DNA of 64,000 bases from Candidatus Magasanikbacteria bacterium RIFCSPHIGHO2_02_FULL_48_18 (GCA_001784285.1 MFQC01000003.1:18151-82150), one strand, 5' to 3'; shown: positions 22,074 through 32,375, numbered from the stretch's first letter. Notes: generated by a model not told the origin, from the sequence alone. Numbers and translations are program-made.

Positions 22074-22381
22074 CGCTTTTTCTTTCAGGACCGCTTCCAA
22101 TGAATCCTCGGAATCTTCTTCGCCGATTTGGCTATGGGGAACTGATAAACCGAGAGAGAAAAACGAGTTATGCGCGGCATCTTTCCGGAGCGCGGTTTCC
22201 GAGGTTTCATGCCTATACTCGGCCAAAGGACGGCGGGCTTGAGATACATCTTCATTTGGATCAAAAAGCGCCGCTCTACAAAAGCGTGGCGGCGCATGCG
22301 GGGGAATATGATGGAGAACGCGTTGCCATGGAATGCCGGAGAATTGAAATTATGTATGGCACTATGCGCTCCGGATTATAA
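22070..22381 (+). CDS. Conserved-looking hypothetical protein
   Basis: LRRFGYG..SYAR..FPRFHAY..HLHLDQK..AHAGEYDG; ATGA overlap with the upstream gene. Confidence 0.7.
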   Translation: MTLFLSGPLPMNPRNLLRRFGYGELINRERKTSYARHLSGARFPRFHAYTRPKDGGLEIHLHLDQKAPLYKSVAAHAGEYDGERVAMECRRIEIMYGTMRSGL

Positions 22382-22449
22382 TGGAACGGTGATGAGTTCT
22401 TTGGTTGTCTTTGACAGCACCCGTGCTGTAGTTTTTTCTTTGAGCATAT

Positions 22450-23283
22450 CTACAGAACAATTCGTTTATGTCTTTTTCTTTGAATCAATCGTATCGGAGC
22501 AAAGACGCACCAGACCAAAAGAAAATGAAATAGCGCGATGAAAAGCGTGTACACAAACATGCCAATCATAATGCCCGTATACGCGCGAAGCGCAAGAACA
22601 CGAGTGGTAATATCCTGCCCAAACAAAAGCGTTATCATATTGATGAAAAACAGAAGAACAATAATCCAGCCGAGGCCTTTCCACATATTGGACCGGTCTT
22701 CTTTGCTTGGCGCGATATGCGTGGCAACACAAAATGACACATACAAAAAAAGCCAAAAATGCCAACGTGTCAGAGATGCTGGGTCAAAAAAAATGGCCAG
22801 AATATGGCGTATAAAGAGAAAAAGCGCGGCAACGGTCATTGGCTCGTCAATTGCCACCAGAGGAGAAAAGAGCGTTTTTCCGTCTGGAAGAAGAATATAT
22901 CCCAAAAAAGAAAGCAAGAGGACGCCAAAAATCATCGGCGCGCCGCCAATAAAAAAATTTCCTATTTGCTGGTACAGGCTTTTTGGATTGTATGAATGGC
23001 TGACATGGCCCAACGTTCCGGTTGTTTTATTTGGCCGAAAGAGCGATATTTCTTCAACACGATGACGGAAGATCTTTGCAAAAATGATATGGCCGAATTC
23101 GTGGAGCGGCGTGCCAAACCACGCGGTCCACAGGATTCCTTTCCATCCGACAACGGCGCGGTATGCTTGCTGGGTGCGCTCCTGGATTTTTGAAAGCAGA
23201 AAACCAATAAAAAAAAAGGTGCCGAGAAGTCCTACAATTTGTATGACGGTTGTGCCAATAACATTGAAAAAGAAGAGTTTCAT
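22450..23283 (-). CDS. Membrane protein with HExxH motif (M50-like metalloprotease)
   Basis: GTPLHEFGH, GTLGHV, APSKED; multiple TM segments. Confidence 0.75.
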   Translation of the reverse strand: MKLFFFNVIGTTVIQIVGLLGTFFFIGFLLSKIQERTQQAYRAVVGWKGILWTAWFGTPLHEFGHIIFAKIFRHRVEEISLFRPNKTTGTLGHVSHSYNPKSLYQQIGNFFIGGAPMIFGVLLLSFLGYILLPDGKTLFSPLVAIDEPMTVAALFLFIRHILAIFFDPASLTRWHFWLFLYVSFCVATHIAPSKEDRSNMWKGLGWIIVLLFFINMITLLFGQDITTRVLALRAYTGIMIGMFVYTLFIALFHFLLVWCVFAPIRLIQRKRHKRIVL

Positions 23284-23338
23284 GCGAAGAATATTCTCAT
23301 AGAATGATTGTTACTATACCATTTCTCAGTTTGGAATA

Positions 23339-23377
23339 CAAAACCCCCGGCCATTCAAGTCCGGGGGTTTGTTTTTG
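23339..23377. terminator. Intrinsic terminator downstream of rpmA
   Basis: AAACCCCCGG-loop-CCGGGGGTTT. Confidence 0.8.
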
Positions 23378-23389
23378 AGCGTCGGCGTA

Positions 23390-23680
23390 TTATGCCGTTT
23401 TCTCGGTATTCACCACTTGTACGATTTTTCGTGGTTTGAGCGATCCGTCAAAACGAGTCTGTTTTTTTTGTATAAATTTCACCATCCCGGCAATACGCGC
23501 GTAGAGGGTGTCATCTTTTCCTTTTTTTACGTTTTTTCCGGGGAATATTTTTGTTCCGCGCTGGCGGACAAGGATTTGTCCCGGGCGAACATTTTGACCG
23601 TCGCCGACTTTGGTGCCAAGATACTTTGGTTTTGAATCTCGGCCAAGCCGGGTAGAGCCGCCCGCTTTCTTATGTGCCAT
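23390..23680 (-). CDS. rpmA: 50S ribosomal protein L27
   Basis: [28 protein letters not shown]. Confidence 0.98.
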   Translation of the reverse strand: MAHKKAGGSTRLGRDSKPKYLGTKVGDGQNVRPGQILVRQRGTKIFPGKNVKKGKDDTLYARIAGMVKFIQKKQTRFDGSLKPRKIVQVVNTEKTA

Positions 23681-23704
23681 AGAGGTATGTTTATTTCGTT
23701 CGGA

Positions 23705-23733
23705 AGTATACACGGCTCTTTTTTTCTTGTCAA
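23705..23733 (-). promoter_or_regulatory. rpmA promoter
   Basis: Minus strand TTGACA-17 nt-TATACT. Confidence 0.75.
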
Positions 23734-23813
23734 TACCGGCGTTTTACCCTATAATTGGAATAATTTTCAAGTGCCAATGTTCACAATATAATTTGAAAAT
23801 TGAAGCAAAGAGT

Positions 23814-24173
23814 ATGTCTAAATGGTACCCCCTCAAACTGTATATCAAATATCCTTCCAATATTGTTTTTTTTTCCATTGCCGGAGCGCTCAATATTGCC
23901 ACATGGGTTTGGATTGTGTGGAATATCCGCCCCCAGACGGAGCCTGTTTTTTTGCATTATAATATTTTATACGGCGTTGATTTGATTGGTTCGTGGTATA
24001 AGGTTTTTTATCTTCCTTTGCTCGGTCTTGGAATTTTTCTTTTCAACTCGTTTTTCGGTTGGTTTTTTTTCCATAAGGATCCATTTATCGCGCAAATTGC
24101 AAATGCGGTCGCCGTGATCTGCCAAATTTTTTTATTTCTTTCGGCGCTTCTTATTGTTTCATTGAATGTCTAG
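23814..24173 (+). CDS. Hypothetical membrane protein (DUF1648-like)
   Basis: Three TM segments with LHYNILYGVD loop. Confidence 0.7.
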   Translation: MSKWYPLKLYIKYPSNIVFFSIAGALNIATWVWIVWNIRPQTEPVFLHYNILYGVDLIGSWYKVFYLPLLGLGIFLFNSFFGWFFFHKDPFIAQIANAVAVICQIFLFLSALLIVSLNV

Positions 24174-24182
24174 GCGGCGCGT

Positions 24183-25304
24183 ATGATTTCTTCACACATG
24201 AAACAATCGGGAAAAATTGATATCGTTCTTTTTGTCTCTGTTCTCATGATTCTTGTGTTTGGACTTATTATGCTGAGTTCGGCGAGCGCTCCTGTTGGGT
24301 TGCAGAGATTTCAGGATCAATATTTTTTTATTAAACGGCAATTGCTGTTTGGCGTTCTCCCCGGCATGATATTTTTTCTTTTTTTGAGCAAATTCTCCTA
24401 TACGACGCTTATAAAATATGCGCTCCCCATTTTTTTGGGGTCGTTGATTTTGCTTCTTGCAGTCTTTATTCCCGGCATTGGCTCTTCGCTCAATACCGGG
24501 TCTCATAGCTGGCTCGTTATTGGATCATATTCGTTCCAGCCCGCCGAATTCGCCAAACTTGCCATGATTATATTTTTTGCGTCGTGGCTCTCAAAAAAGG
24601 CATCGACAATGAAGGATTGGAAACATGGATTTTTGCCCGCTGTCTTTCTCGGCATGATTCCCATCGGGCTTGTTATTCTTCAGCCGGATGTCGGCACTGT
24701 TTCTATTTTGTTCGCTATTTTCTTTGGGCTTCTTTTTTTTGCAAATACAAAAATGACGCACATGACATTTCTCGCCGGCCTTGCGCTTGCCGGGCTGGCA
24801 GTAATGATTATCGCGGCTCCCTATCGAACCGAGCGCCTTATGACATTTTTACGCCCTGAACTCGACCCAAAAGGCATTGGGTATCAAATTAATCAGGCGT
24901 TTGTAGCGGTGGGATCGGGCGGATTGTTTGGATTGGGGTATAATAATTCACGGCAAAAATTTCAGTATCTTCCGGAGGTTCACGCGGATAGCATTTTTGC
25001 GATTATCGCCGAAGAAATGGGTTTTGTCATTTCCATACTCTATCTGGTTCTTTTGGTATATGTTGCCCACCGGGGATTAACGCTTGCAAAATCGGTCCCC
25101 GACGCAAACGCTGGTTTTTTGGTGGGAGGAATCATTGTGTGGATTTTGGCGCAATCTTTTTTGAATATCGGTTCGATTGTCGGCGTTTTGCCTTTAACCG
25201 GCGTGCCGCTTCCATTTGTGAGCCATGGAGGAACCGCGCTTGCGATTACCCTTGCGGCCATGGGGATTGTCATGAACGTGAGCAGGCATGCGGTGAGATT
25301 GTAA
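24183..25304 (+). CDS. ftsW: SEDS peptidoglycan glycosyltransferase FtsW
   Basis: FQPAEFAK, LQPDVGT, LPEVHADSIF, PLTGVPLPFVSHGG; adjacent to murG. Confidence 0.93.
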   Translation: MISSHMKQSGKIDIVLFVSVLMILVFGLIMLSSASAPVGLQRFQDQYFFIKRQLLFGVLPGMIFFLFLSKFSYTTLIKYALPIFLGSLILLLAVFIPGIGSSLNTGSHSWLVIGSYSFQPAEFAKLAMIIFFASWLSKKASTMKDWKHGFLPAVFLGMIPIGLVILQPDVGTVSILFAIFFGLLFFANTKMTHMTFLAGLALAGLAVMIIAAPYRTERLMTFLRPELDPKGIGYQINQAFVAVGSGGLFGLGYNNSRQKFQYLPEVHADSIFAIIAEEMGFVISILYLVLLVYVAHRGLTLAKSVPDANAGFLVGGIIVWILAQSFLNIGSIVGVLPLTGVPLPFVSHGGTALAITLAAMGIVMNVSRHAVRL

Positions 25305-25325
25305 TTTCCAAGATGCAATAATAGT

Positions 25326-26399
25326 ATGAAAATTTTTTTTTCCGGCGGGGGAACATTGGGCCCCGTCACACCGCTTCTTGCCATGCGCGAAATGCTGCAA
25401 CATGTGCACCCTGATATAGAATATCGATGGGTTGGAACAAAACGAGGGCCGGAAGCGGCTATTGTCAAAGAGCAGGGGATACCATTTATAACACTGTCAT
25501 CCGGCAAGTTTCGGCGTTATATTTCCATTTGGAATGTTGTTGATATTGTCCGCGTTATTATTGGTTTTTTTCAATCGCTTCGGTTGCTGTGGCGAGAGAA
25601 GCCGGATGTATGCATTACCGCCGGTGCTTTTATTTCTGTTCCATTGCATTGCGCGGCCTGGGTGCTGGGTATCCCGTGTTGGGTGCACCAACAGGATGTT
25701 CGCATTGGTCTTGCCAACAAACTTATAGCGCCATTTGCGACAAAAATAACAACTGCGCTCAAAAGGCAAGTGATTTCATTCAACAAAAAAAAGACCGAGT
25801 GGCTCGGCAACCCAGTGCGGCCGTCATTGTTTCAAGCCACAAAAGAAGACGGGAGAAAACGGCTTCAACTGAAAGACGACATGCCTGTTATTTTTGCGAC
25901 CGGCGGCGGCACTGGATCACAGCGTGTAAACCAGCTAATTGTGGAAGCGGTGGGTCAGTTGACCGGAAAAGCGCAGGTGATTCATCTTACCGGAAAAGAA
26001 CGGTCGCAAGAGTTGGCCGAGCGCGCGCAAAAGCATGCCCGGGATTATCATGTCTACCAATTTTTCACCAATGAAATGAAAGACGCCTATGCCGCGGCTG
26101 ATATTATTATTTCTCGGGGCGGATTTGGCACGATTACCGAAATTGCCGCGTTTGGCAAGCCGGCTATTCTTATTCCAAAACCCGGGCATCAAGACGAAAA
26201 TGTTCAATTTCTGCAAGATCAGGGCGCGGTTTTATGTCTGAATGAACGAACCAGTGACGGCAACCAACTCGCGAAAGTGATCCGCCAGCTACTGGAAGAC
26301 GCACCCCGGCAAAAGACCATGGTGGACAAACTTTCTGTCCTTATGCCGTGCGCCAAAGAAGAAGATATATTCCGTATTCTCCACGCATTGACCGGATAA
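25326..26399 (+). CDS. murG: Lipid II GlcNAc transferase
   Basis: GGGTLGP, GNPVR, GGGTGS, SRGG, HQDEN. Confidence 0.93.
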   Translation: MKIFFSGGGTLGPVTPLLAMREMLQHVHPDIEYRWVGTKRGPEAAIVKEQGIPFITLSSGKFRRYISIWNVVDIVRVIIGFFQSLRLLWREKPDVCITAGAFISVPLHCAAWVLGIPCWVHQQDVRIGLANKLIAPFATKITTALKRQVISFNKKKTEWLGNPVRPSLFQATKEDGRKRLQLKDDMPVIFATGGGTGSQRVNQLIVEAVGQLTGKAQVIHLTGKERSQELAERAQKHARDYHVYQFFTNEMKDAYAAADIIISRGGFGTITEIAAFGKPAILIPKPGHQDENVQFLQDQGAVLCLNERTSDGNQLAKVIRQLLEDAPRQKTMVDKLSVLMPCAKEEDIFRILHALTG

Positions 26400-26454
26400 G
26401 TATGGATTTACTCGGCGTAATTATGAAGATTGGCCGACACAGTTAAAAAAATTG

Positions 26455-26527
26455 TGACCCCGGTGGGGATTGAACCCACGACCATCAGCTTAAAAGGCTG
26501 CTGCTCTACCAGCTGAGCTACAGGGTC
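26455..26527 (-). tRNA. tRNA-Lys(TTT)
   Basis: GACCCTG/CGGGGTC acceptor stem, TAGCTCAGCTGGTAGAGC D arm, CAGC-CTTTTAA-GCTG anticodon arm, GGTTCAATCC T arm; CCA not encoded. Confidence 0.95.
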
Positions 26528-26589
26528 ATTTGATTGTTTCAAAACTCCTGGAATATGGTATACTACCCATCTCAAAACGTCAATATTCT

Positions 26590-29280
26590 ATGGATTTTTA
26601 CGCATCCAGTATATCACAGCTCTTTCGGGATTTCCAGACGTCCAAGAATGGTTTGACAACCGAAGAAGCGACAAAGCGCCGTACAATGCACGGAGCCAAT
26701 GTTCTTCCCCCCTCACACGAAGCGACCACACAAGTTCGCATTTTTTTTGATCAATTCCGCAGTCCATTGATTATTGTTTTGGTCCTTGCCGGTGTGGTGA
26801 GCGCTCTTTTGGGGGAGATGGTGGATATGGTGGTGATTGGGATTACTGTTTGTCTCAATACCCTTGTTGGTTTTTTCCAAGAAAATAAGGCCAATCAGGC
26901 GCTACAAAAACTTCGAACCATGGTTGAATATCACGCCGTGGTCCTTCGAGATGGGCATAAACACATTCTTCCGAGCGACGATATCGTACCGGGCGATATT
27001 CTCTTTTTAGATGCCGGCGACAAAATTCAGGCCGATGGGCGAATTCTTGAATGCGTTCATTTCCAAGTCAATGAAGCATCGCTTACTGGAGAGTCTGTTG
27101 CCGTAAAAAAAATGCAGACCACACTTAAAAAAGACACGCCCATTGCAGACCAAAAAAATATGGTATTTCGCGGGACGGTTGTGGTGAATGGCAATGCGGC
27201 GGCGCTCATCACCGCTACCGGCCCCAAAACGCAAATTGGCGGGATTGCTTCGTTGGTTCAAGAAACAGCTGAAGAAAAAACACCGCTTCAGACCCAGCTC
27301 CATCGGTTGAGCCAAAAAATCGGTATCGTGGTTCTTTTCTTTTCTTGCATCATTTTTTTTCTCAATATTTTTTTCTCGAATGGTCTGCATTCTTTTTTTG
27401 AGGCGTTTCAAATTTCGGTCGCCATAGCCGTCGCCGCTATTCCGGAAGGATTGGCTATTACGCTCACGGTTATTTTAGCGATCGGAATGCGGCATATTTT
27501 AAAGCGCCGTTCTTTGGTAAGAAAATTGGTTGCCGCCGAAACCCTCGGTTCGGTCAATGTGATTTGCACCGATAAAACCGGAACGATTACGGAAGGAATC
27601 ATGCGTGTGACGAAGATCATTACTATGCACGACGATTTGGATTTTGATGAAGTGAAGACACTCCATGTCAGCAAAGCGGATCGGCATGAAGACGCGCTTT
27701 TTGCGTTAAAAATTGGCGTTATGACGAATGACGCCATGCTCGAGACAGGTGATAACGATGGCAATGTGCCTCAGTTTGTGGGCGATACGACGGACGTTGC
27801 TTTTTTAGAAGCCGGTCGAATTGTGGGCATAGAAAAAGAACAGATGGAGTCCGTATTTCCTCGCTCCGGCCATATTCCTTTTACCAGTGAACAAAAATAT
27901 ATTGCCACCCGCCATCGCGCTGATGGCGCGTTGTTTATCTATGTCAAAGGAGCGCCCGAAGTCATACTCGGCCGGTGTGTATCTATTCAATCAAAAGGAA
28001 AAAAACAGGTTATGACGGATAAAAAACAGCAATGGATAAAGGACCAGATAGTCTCTCTCACCGATCAGGGTCTTCGCGTGATTGCCATCGCATATAAAGA
28101 AGAAAAAACAGCCGGAAAGGAACTTGCCAACAGTTCTGTATCTGAGTTGGTTTTTGTTGGATTAGCGGGTTTATCCGACCCAATCCGTTTGGGCGTTCGA
28201 GAAACTATTGAAAAAGCAAAAAAAGCCGGCATTCGGACCATTATGATTACAGGCGACCACGTCCATACAGCCCAATCAATCGCCGCTTCTATTGGCCTTC
28301 CGCATGGGGCGGAATTTGTTTGTGATGGCCTCCGCTTGGGGCAGATGAGCGATGACGAACTCACCGTTGTGGTTGAAAAAGTTTCTGTGTTTGCCAGAGT
28401 GGACCCAGTTCATAAAATTCGCATCGTCCAAACCCTTCAAAAAAATGGGAACGTGGTGGCTATGACAGGCGATGGTGTCAATGACGCGCCCGCGCTCAAA
28501 GCCGCGGATATTGGTGTCGCGCTTGGCTCGGGAACCGATGTGGCAAAAGAAATTGCGGATATTGTGCTTCTTGACGATTCTTATGAAACCATTGTCGCTT
28601 CCGTCGAAGAAGGAAGAGGCATTTATCAGAATATCAAAAAAGTACTTTTGTACCTTATGTCCGGGAGCCTTGCCGAGGTGGTCTTGATTGGCGGGAGCAT
28701 TCTCGCCGGCCTTCCGCTTCCGGTTTTGCCGGTTCAAATTTTGTGGGTGAATATAATTGAAGACGCGTTTCCTGCCATGGCTCTTGCGTTTGATAAGAGT
28801 GAAAAAGAAAACATGAAGGATCGTCCGAGAAAAAGAGGGGAATCCATCCTGGACCGAGAAATGAAAATAATGATCGTCGTGATTACACTTTTTTCAAATT
28901 TTGTTTTGCTGGGCCTTTTCTTTTATTTTGTCAGCACGATTGACGATATTGCGCGCATCCGTACGCTTATGTTTGTCGGTTTGGCTATTGCGCCGCTGTT
29001 GTATATCTATGCCGTTCGAAGTCGGCGTCGCATGTTGTGGCAAATGAATCCCTTTGATAATATTTTTCTCAATTTTTCCATTCTGTTCGGCTGGTTTTTG
29101 CTGATTGGCGCGGTGTATATCCCTCTGTTTCAAACATTATTGAGGACCGTGCCTCTTTCATTTTCCGATTGGAAAATTTTGATCCTTTTTGGTTTTGTCA
29201 ATCTATTTCTCATTGAAATCATGAAGTATTTATTTTTGGTGTCCAAAAAACACACAGTTTCATCACTTCAAGCAACATAA
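26590..29280 (+). CDS. P-type cation-transporting ATPase (type IIA, Ca2+-like)
   Basis: LTGES, IPEGL, DKTGT, KGAPE, TGDGVNDAPAL, QILWVNIIED. Confidence 0.93.
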   Translation: MDFYASSISQLFRDFQTSKNGLTTEEATKRRTMHGANVLPPSHEATTQVRIFFDQFRSPLIIVLVLAGVVSALLGEMVDMVVIGITVCLNTLVGFFQENKANQALQKLRTMVEYHAVVLRDGHKHILPSDDIVPGDILFLDAGDKIQADGRILECVHFQVNEASLTGESVAVKKMQTTLKKDTPIADQKNMVFRGTVVVNGNAAALITATGPKTQIGGIASLVQETAEEKTPLQTQLHRLSQKIGIVVLFFSCIIFFLNIFFSNGLHSFFEAFQISVAIAVAAIPEGLAITLTVILAIGMRHILKRRSLVRKLVAAETLGSVNVICTDKTGTITEGIMRVTKIITMHDDLDFDEVKTLHVSKADRHEDALFALKIGVMTNDAMLETGDNDGNVPQFVGDTTDVAFLEAGRIVGIEKEQMESVFPRSGHIPFTSEQKYIATRHRADGALFIYVKGAPEVILGRCVSIQSKGKKQVMTDKKQQWIKDQIVSLTDQGLRVIAIAYKEEKTAGKELANSSVSELVFVGLAGLSDPIRLGVRETIEKAKKAGIRTIMITGDHVHTAQSIAASIGLPHGAEFVCDGLRLGQMSDDELTVVVEKVSVFARVDPVHKIRIVQTLQKNGNVVAMTGDGVNDAPALKAADIGVALGSGTDVAKEIADIVLLDDSYETIVASVEEGRGIYQNIKKVLLYLMSGSLAEVVLIGGSILAGLPLPVLPVQILWVNIIEDAFPAMALAFDKSEKENMKDRPRKRGESILDREMKIMIVVITLFSNFVLLGLFFYFVSTIDDIARIRTLMFVGLAIAPLLYIYAVRSRRRMLWQMNPFDNIFLNFSILFGWFLLIGAVYIPLFQTLLRTVPLSFSDWKILILFGFVNLFLIEIMKYLFLVSKKHTVSSLQAT

Positions 29281-29304
29281 TTTTTTTATTTTTGTTCATC
29301 GTCT

Positions 29305-29889
29305 ATGATACTGCAAAAATCATATCTCAAAAAAATGCGAACCCACCTTCATGCATATCAGGCCATACGGCACGATGTCATCCATGAGTCGGATACCGCT
29401 CTCCATATGGCAAAGCGGGCGATTTTTTCAATGCAAAGGGGGGATATGGCCGTTGCGGGAGAAGCAACTCATGCAATTGAAAAAATTTTGAAGGGCATTC
29501 AAAAAAAATATGAGAAGCAGACCCAAGCAATGGATGAAGGCTCGTACAAAGCGGCCGTTGAAGAATTTGTGGAAGCGTCGCTTTTTTTGCATTTTCTCAA
29601 AAAACAGCCAATGGGTGAAATTTCCTCAATCCGTGTTGACCCAGATGTGTATCTGGCCGGCCTCTGTGACGTTCCAGGGGAATTATATCGTTTTGCCATT
29701 CGGGCCGCGAGCGAGAAGGACAGAGCCATGGTACGACGGTGCCAGGAGGCGGCGAGCGCCATTATTGGAGAACTGATCGAGTTCAATTTGACCAGTTATT
29801 TGCGGACAAAGTTTGACCAGGCCAAACAAGCCGCGCATAAGCTCGACTTGGTGGTGTATGAGTTGGCACTTCGTGAAAAAGAGATATAA
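29305..29889 (+). CDS. Translin/TRAX (C3PO) family protein
   Basis: AKRAIF, AVEEFVEA, YLAGLCDVPGELYR and LRTKFD resemble the TRAX/Translin QEYVEA, YLLGLADLTGELMR and LRKxxD motifs; all-helical, 194 aa. Confidence 0.88.
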   Translation: MILQKSYLKKMRTHLHAYQAIRHDVIHESDTALHMAKRAIFSMQRGDMAVAGEATHAIEKILKGIQKKYEKQTQAMDEGSYKAAVEEFVEASLFLHFLKKQPMGEISSIRVDPDVYLAGLCDVPGELYRFAIRAASEKDRAMVRRCQEAASAIIGELIEFNLTSYLRTKFDQAKQAAHKLDLVVYELALREKEI

Positions 29890-29904
29890 CGCGATGTATG
29901 GCAT

Positions 29905-31293
29905 ATGAAGGCATTGCTTAAAAAAATTGTTCCCAAATCCATATTGAATGTTGGTCATTTGTTTTACGCGTGGTTTGGGGCAATGCGTTATCGGCATCCT
30001 TCCGAAAAATTATTTGTCATTGGCGTTACGGGAACCAGCGGAAAATCAACCACGGTATTTTTGTTGCGCCAATTTTTGGAAGCGGCCGGGTACGTGGTTG
30101 GGTCGTTGTCCACGATTGATTTTTCTATCGCAGGAAAAAACCGTTTAAACGACCAAAAAATGACCATGCTTGGCAAAATGCAGATTCAAAAATATTTGCG
30201 CGAGATGGTCGAGAGCCGGTGCCAGATTGCGATTATAGAAACCACATCCGAAGGACGCGTCCAGCATCGCCACCGGTGGATTGCGTATGACGCGATGGTT
30301 CTTACCAATCTTTATCCGGAACATATTGAGTCGCATGGCAGTTTTAAAAAATACAAACAAGCAAAATTGGATATTTTTTACAATGCCGCCAGGTACCGAG
30401 CGGGCCGGAAGAACGCGGAAACGATTGGATTCCCCAATTTGAAAAAAAAGAATTCAACTTCGCTCCAAAAGATGTGTTTTGTCAATGGGGACATCGCGGA
30501 AGCGGAGGAATTTTTGTCCGCAGGTTCGTTTGACGCGCGGTATGTGTTTGGAACGCGCAAAACGTCCGACTTGTCCATAGGTTATTTTCAGCTTTCAAAC
30601 ATACAAACAGAAAAAAATGGCATATCTTTCCTCATACAAAACAAACGCTTTGAAACGCCGCTTTTCGGCCGCCACAATGCCATGAATATGACTGCCGCGG
30701 TTGCCGTTGCCGAGACAGTGGGCGTTTCGGCGTCTCTCCTTCAAAAAAAAGCAAAAATTCTTGAACAAATTCCCGGACGGATAGAATTTATTGCAGAATC
30801 CCGGCCTTTTGGATTTGATGTTATTGTCGACTACGCGTTTGAGCCAAAGGCCATGGAAGCGCTGTATGGAGTCGTTCTACAACGTGAGCCAAAACGCATT
30901 ATTCACGTGTTTGGTTCAACCGGCGGAGGAAGGGACAAGGCCAGGCGGCAGATTTTGGGCGCGTATATTGGCGAGCGGGCGAACCTGTGCATTATTACCG
31001 ATGAAGACCCATATGATGAAAATCCGCTTGACATTATCAATACCGTCTTTGAGGCGGTGCGGCAGACCGGAAAACAGGAAGGAAAGTCTGTCTGGAAAAT
31101 TTTTGATAGACGAGACGCAATCGAGAAAGCAGTCGGCCTGGCCGCTCCTGGTGATTTGGTGTTGATCACCGGAAAGGGGAGCGAACAGGCAATGTGTGTC
31201 GCCCATGGAAAAAAGATACCCTGGGATGATCGCGCCATTGTTCGTCAAGCGCTCGAAAAGCGAAAAAAACTATGTCACGAGCATCAAAAATAA
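29905..31293 (+). CDS. murE: UDP-MurNAc-tripeptide synthetase (MurE-like)
   Basis: GVTGTSGKST, TNLYPEHIESH, PGRIE, VDYA, GGGRDK..R, GKGSE. Confidence 0.88.
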   Translation: MKALLKKIVPKSILNVGHLFYAWFGAMRYRHPSEKLFVIGVTGTSGKSTTVFLLRQFLEAAGYVVGSLSTIDFSIAGKNRLNDQKMTMLGKMQIQKYLREMVESRCQIAIIETTSEGRVQHRHRWIAYDAMVLTNLYPEHIESHGSFKKYKQAKLDIFYNAARYRAGRKNAETIGFPNLKKKNSTSLQKMCFVNGDIAEAEEFLSAGSFDARYVFGTRKTSDLSIGYFQLSNIQTEKNGISFLIQNKRFETPLFGRHNAMNMTAAVAVAETVGVSASLLQKKAKILEQIPGRIEFIAESRPFGFDVIVDYAFEPKAMEALYGVVLQREPKRIIHVFGSTGGGRDKARRQILGAYIGERANLCIITDEDPYDENPLDIINTVFEAVRQTGKQEGKSVWKIFDRRDAIEKAVGLAAPGDLVLITGKGSEQAMCVAHGKKIPWDDRAIVRQALEKRKKLCHEHQK

Positions 31294-31910
31294 AATTACA
31301 GCCGGGAGAACGCATTGTCCGTATGGCTTCACGCTATGGGCTTATCTTTTTTTGGTCTTGGTTTTTGGTTGGGCTCTTGTTTGTAGCGCCTTTTTTCTTT
31401 TTATTTTGGCTCTTTCAAAAAGGCTGGTGGGGGCAGGCGATATTTTTTTCTTCGGTAACTCTTGGATTGTTGTTGCTTATCCGCACGTGGGTTATGTATC
31501 GGCGGAATATTTGTTTTATTACGACGCATCGTATTGTGGATATCTCGTATCAAAGTTTTTTTGAACAAACCATTACGGACGTGCCCTATGACGACATTGA
31601 AACTGTCTATGGAAAGGTTACCGGTTTTTGGGGAAGTCTTTTCCGCTATGGTTCTGTCACCATCGACACCACCACTCCTGGAATTTCTGTCGTTATCGCA
31701 CAGATGAAACATCCAGCGGATATTCAGCAAGAAATTCAGACCCAACGAAAACACTATTGCGCATCTGCCGCCCGTGATTTTGGACAGAATCTCACCAAAG
31801 GAATTATTGAAAAATTGTATGAGCTGGAATTGGAGGACCTGCGCCATATTCAAAAGAGCGTTGCCAAACGCATTGCATCCCTTTCCCAACATAATGATGA
31901 TCGAACGTAG
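31272..31910 (+). CDS. Membrane protein with bacterial PH domain
   Basis: Two TM segments, then ITTHRIVD..FRYGSVTI. Confidence 0.75.
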   Translation: MSRASKIKLQPGERIVRMASRYGLIFFWSWFLVGLLFVAPFFFLFWLFQKGWWGQAIFFSSVTLGLLLLIRTWVMYRRNICFITTHRIVDISYQSFFEQTITDVPYDDIETVYGKVTGFWGSLFRYGSVTIDTTTPGISVVIAQMKHPADIQQEIQTQRKHYCASAARDFGQNLTKGIIEKLYELELEDLRHIQKSVAKRIASLSQHNDDRT

Positions 31911-31952
31911 TGCGCCCTTTTCTTCGCTGTTTGTGTTTGGTATACTTGCACT

Positions 31953-32375
31953 ATGAAGCAAGAATTTCAGTCTTTTCGCCGTTTTTTCCAGTCACGAGCG
32001 TTTTTTCTGGTCCTTTTCAGTATTGCCATTCTTTTTGTTTTCGGTTTTGGCCGGGCGTATTTTCAAAATTATAAAATTCGCCAGGAAATCAAACGTCTTG
32101 AAGAGGATGTTCAAAATTTGGAACAAAAAAAGATAGAGTCGCTCAGTCTCTTGGCGTACGTCACCAGTCAAAAATATGTCGAGGATACGGCGCGCGTTGA
32201 GCTTGGCATGAAAAAACCGGGGGAAGAGGTTGTCATTATTTCCGATTCCTCAAAAGAGAGCCGGGGAGAAACGCGTGACGGGGCAGAGAGCGTTGAGGCG
32301 TCGCATATTCCAACATACAAAAAGTGGTGGTATTACTTTATAGATCATTCCTTGCCACAGGAATCGGATACATAA
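31953..32375 (+). CDS. Septum formation initiator (FtsB/DivIC family)
   Basis: TM plus coiled coil plus EDTARVELGMKKPGE. Confidence 0.85.
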   Translation: MKQEFQSFRRFFQSRAFFLVLFSIAILFVFGFGRAYFQNYKIRQEIKRLEEDVQNLEQKKIESLSLLAYVTSQKYVEDTARVELGMKKPGEEVVIISDSSKESRGETRDGAESVEASHIPTYKKWWYYFIDHSLPQESDT

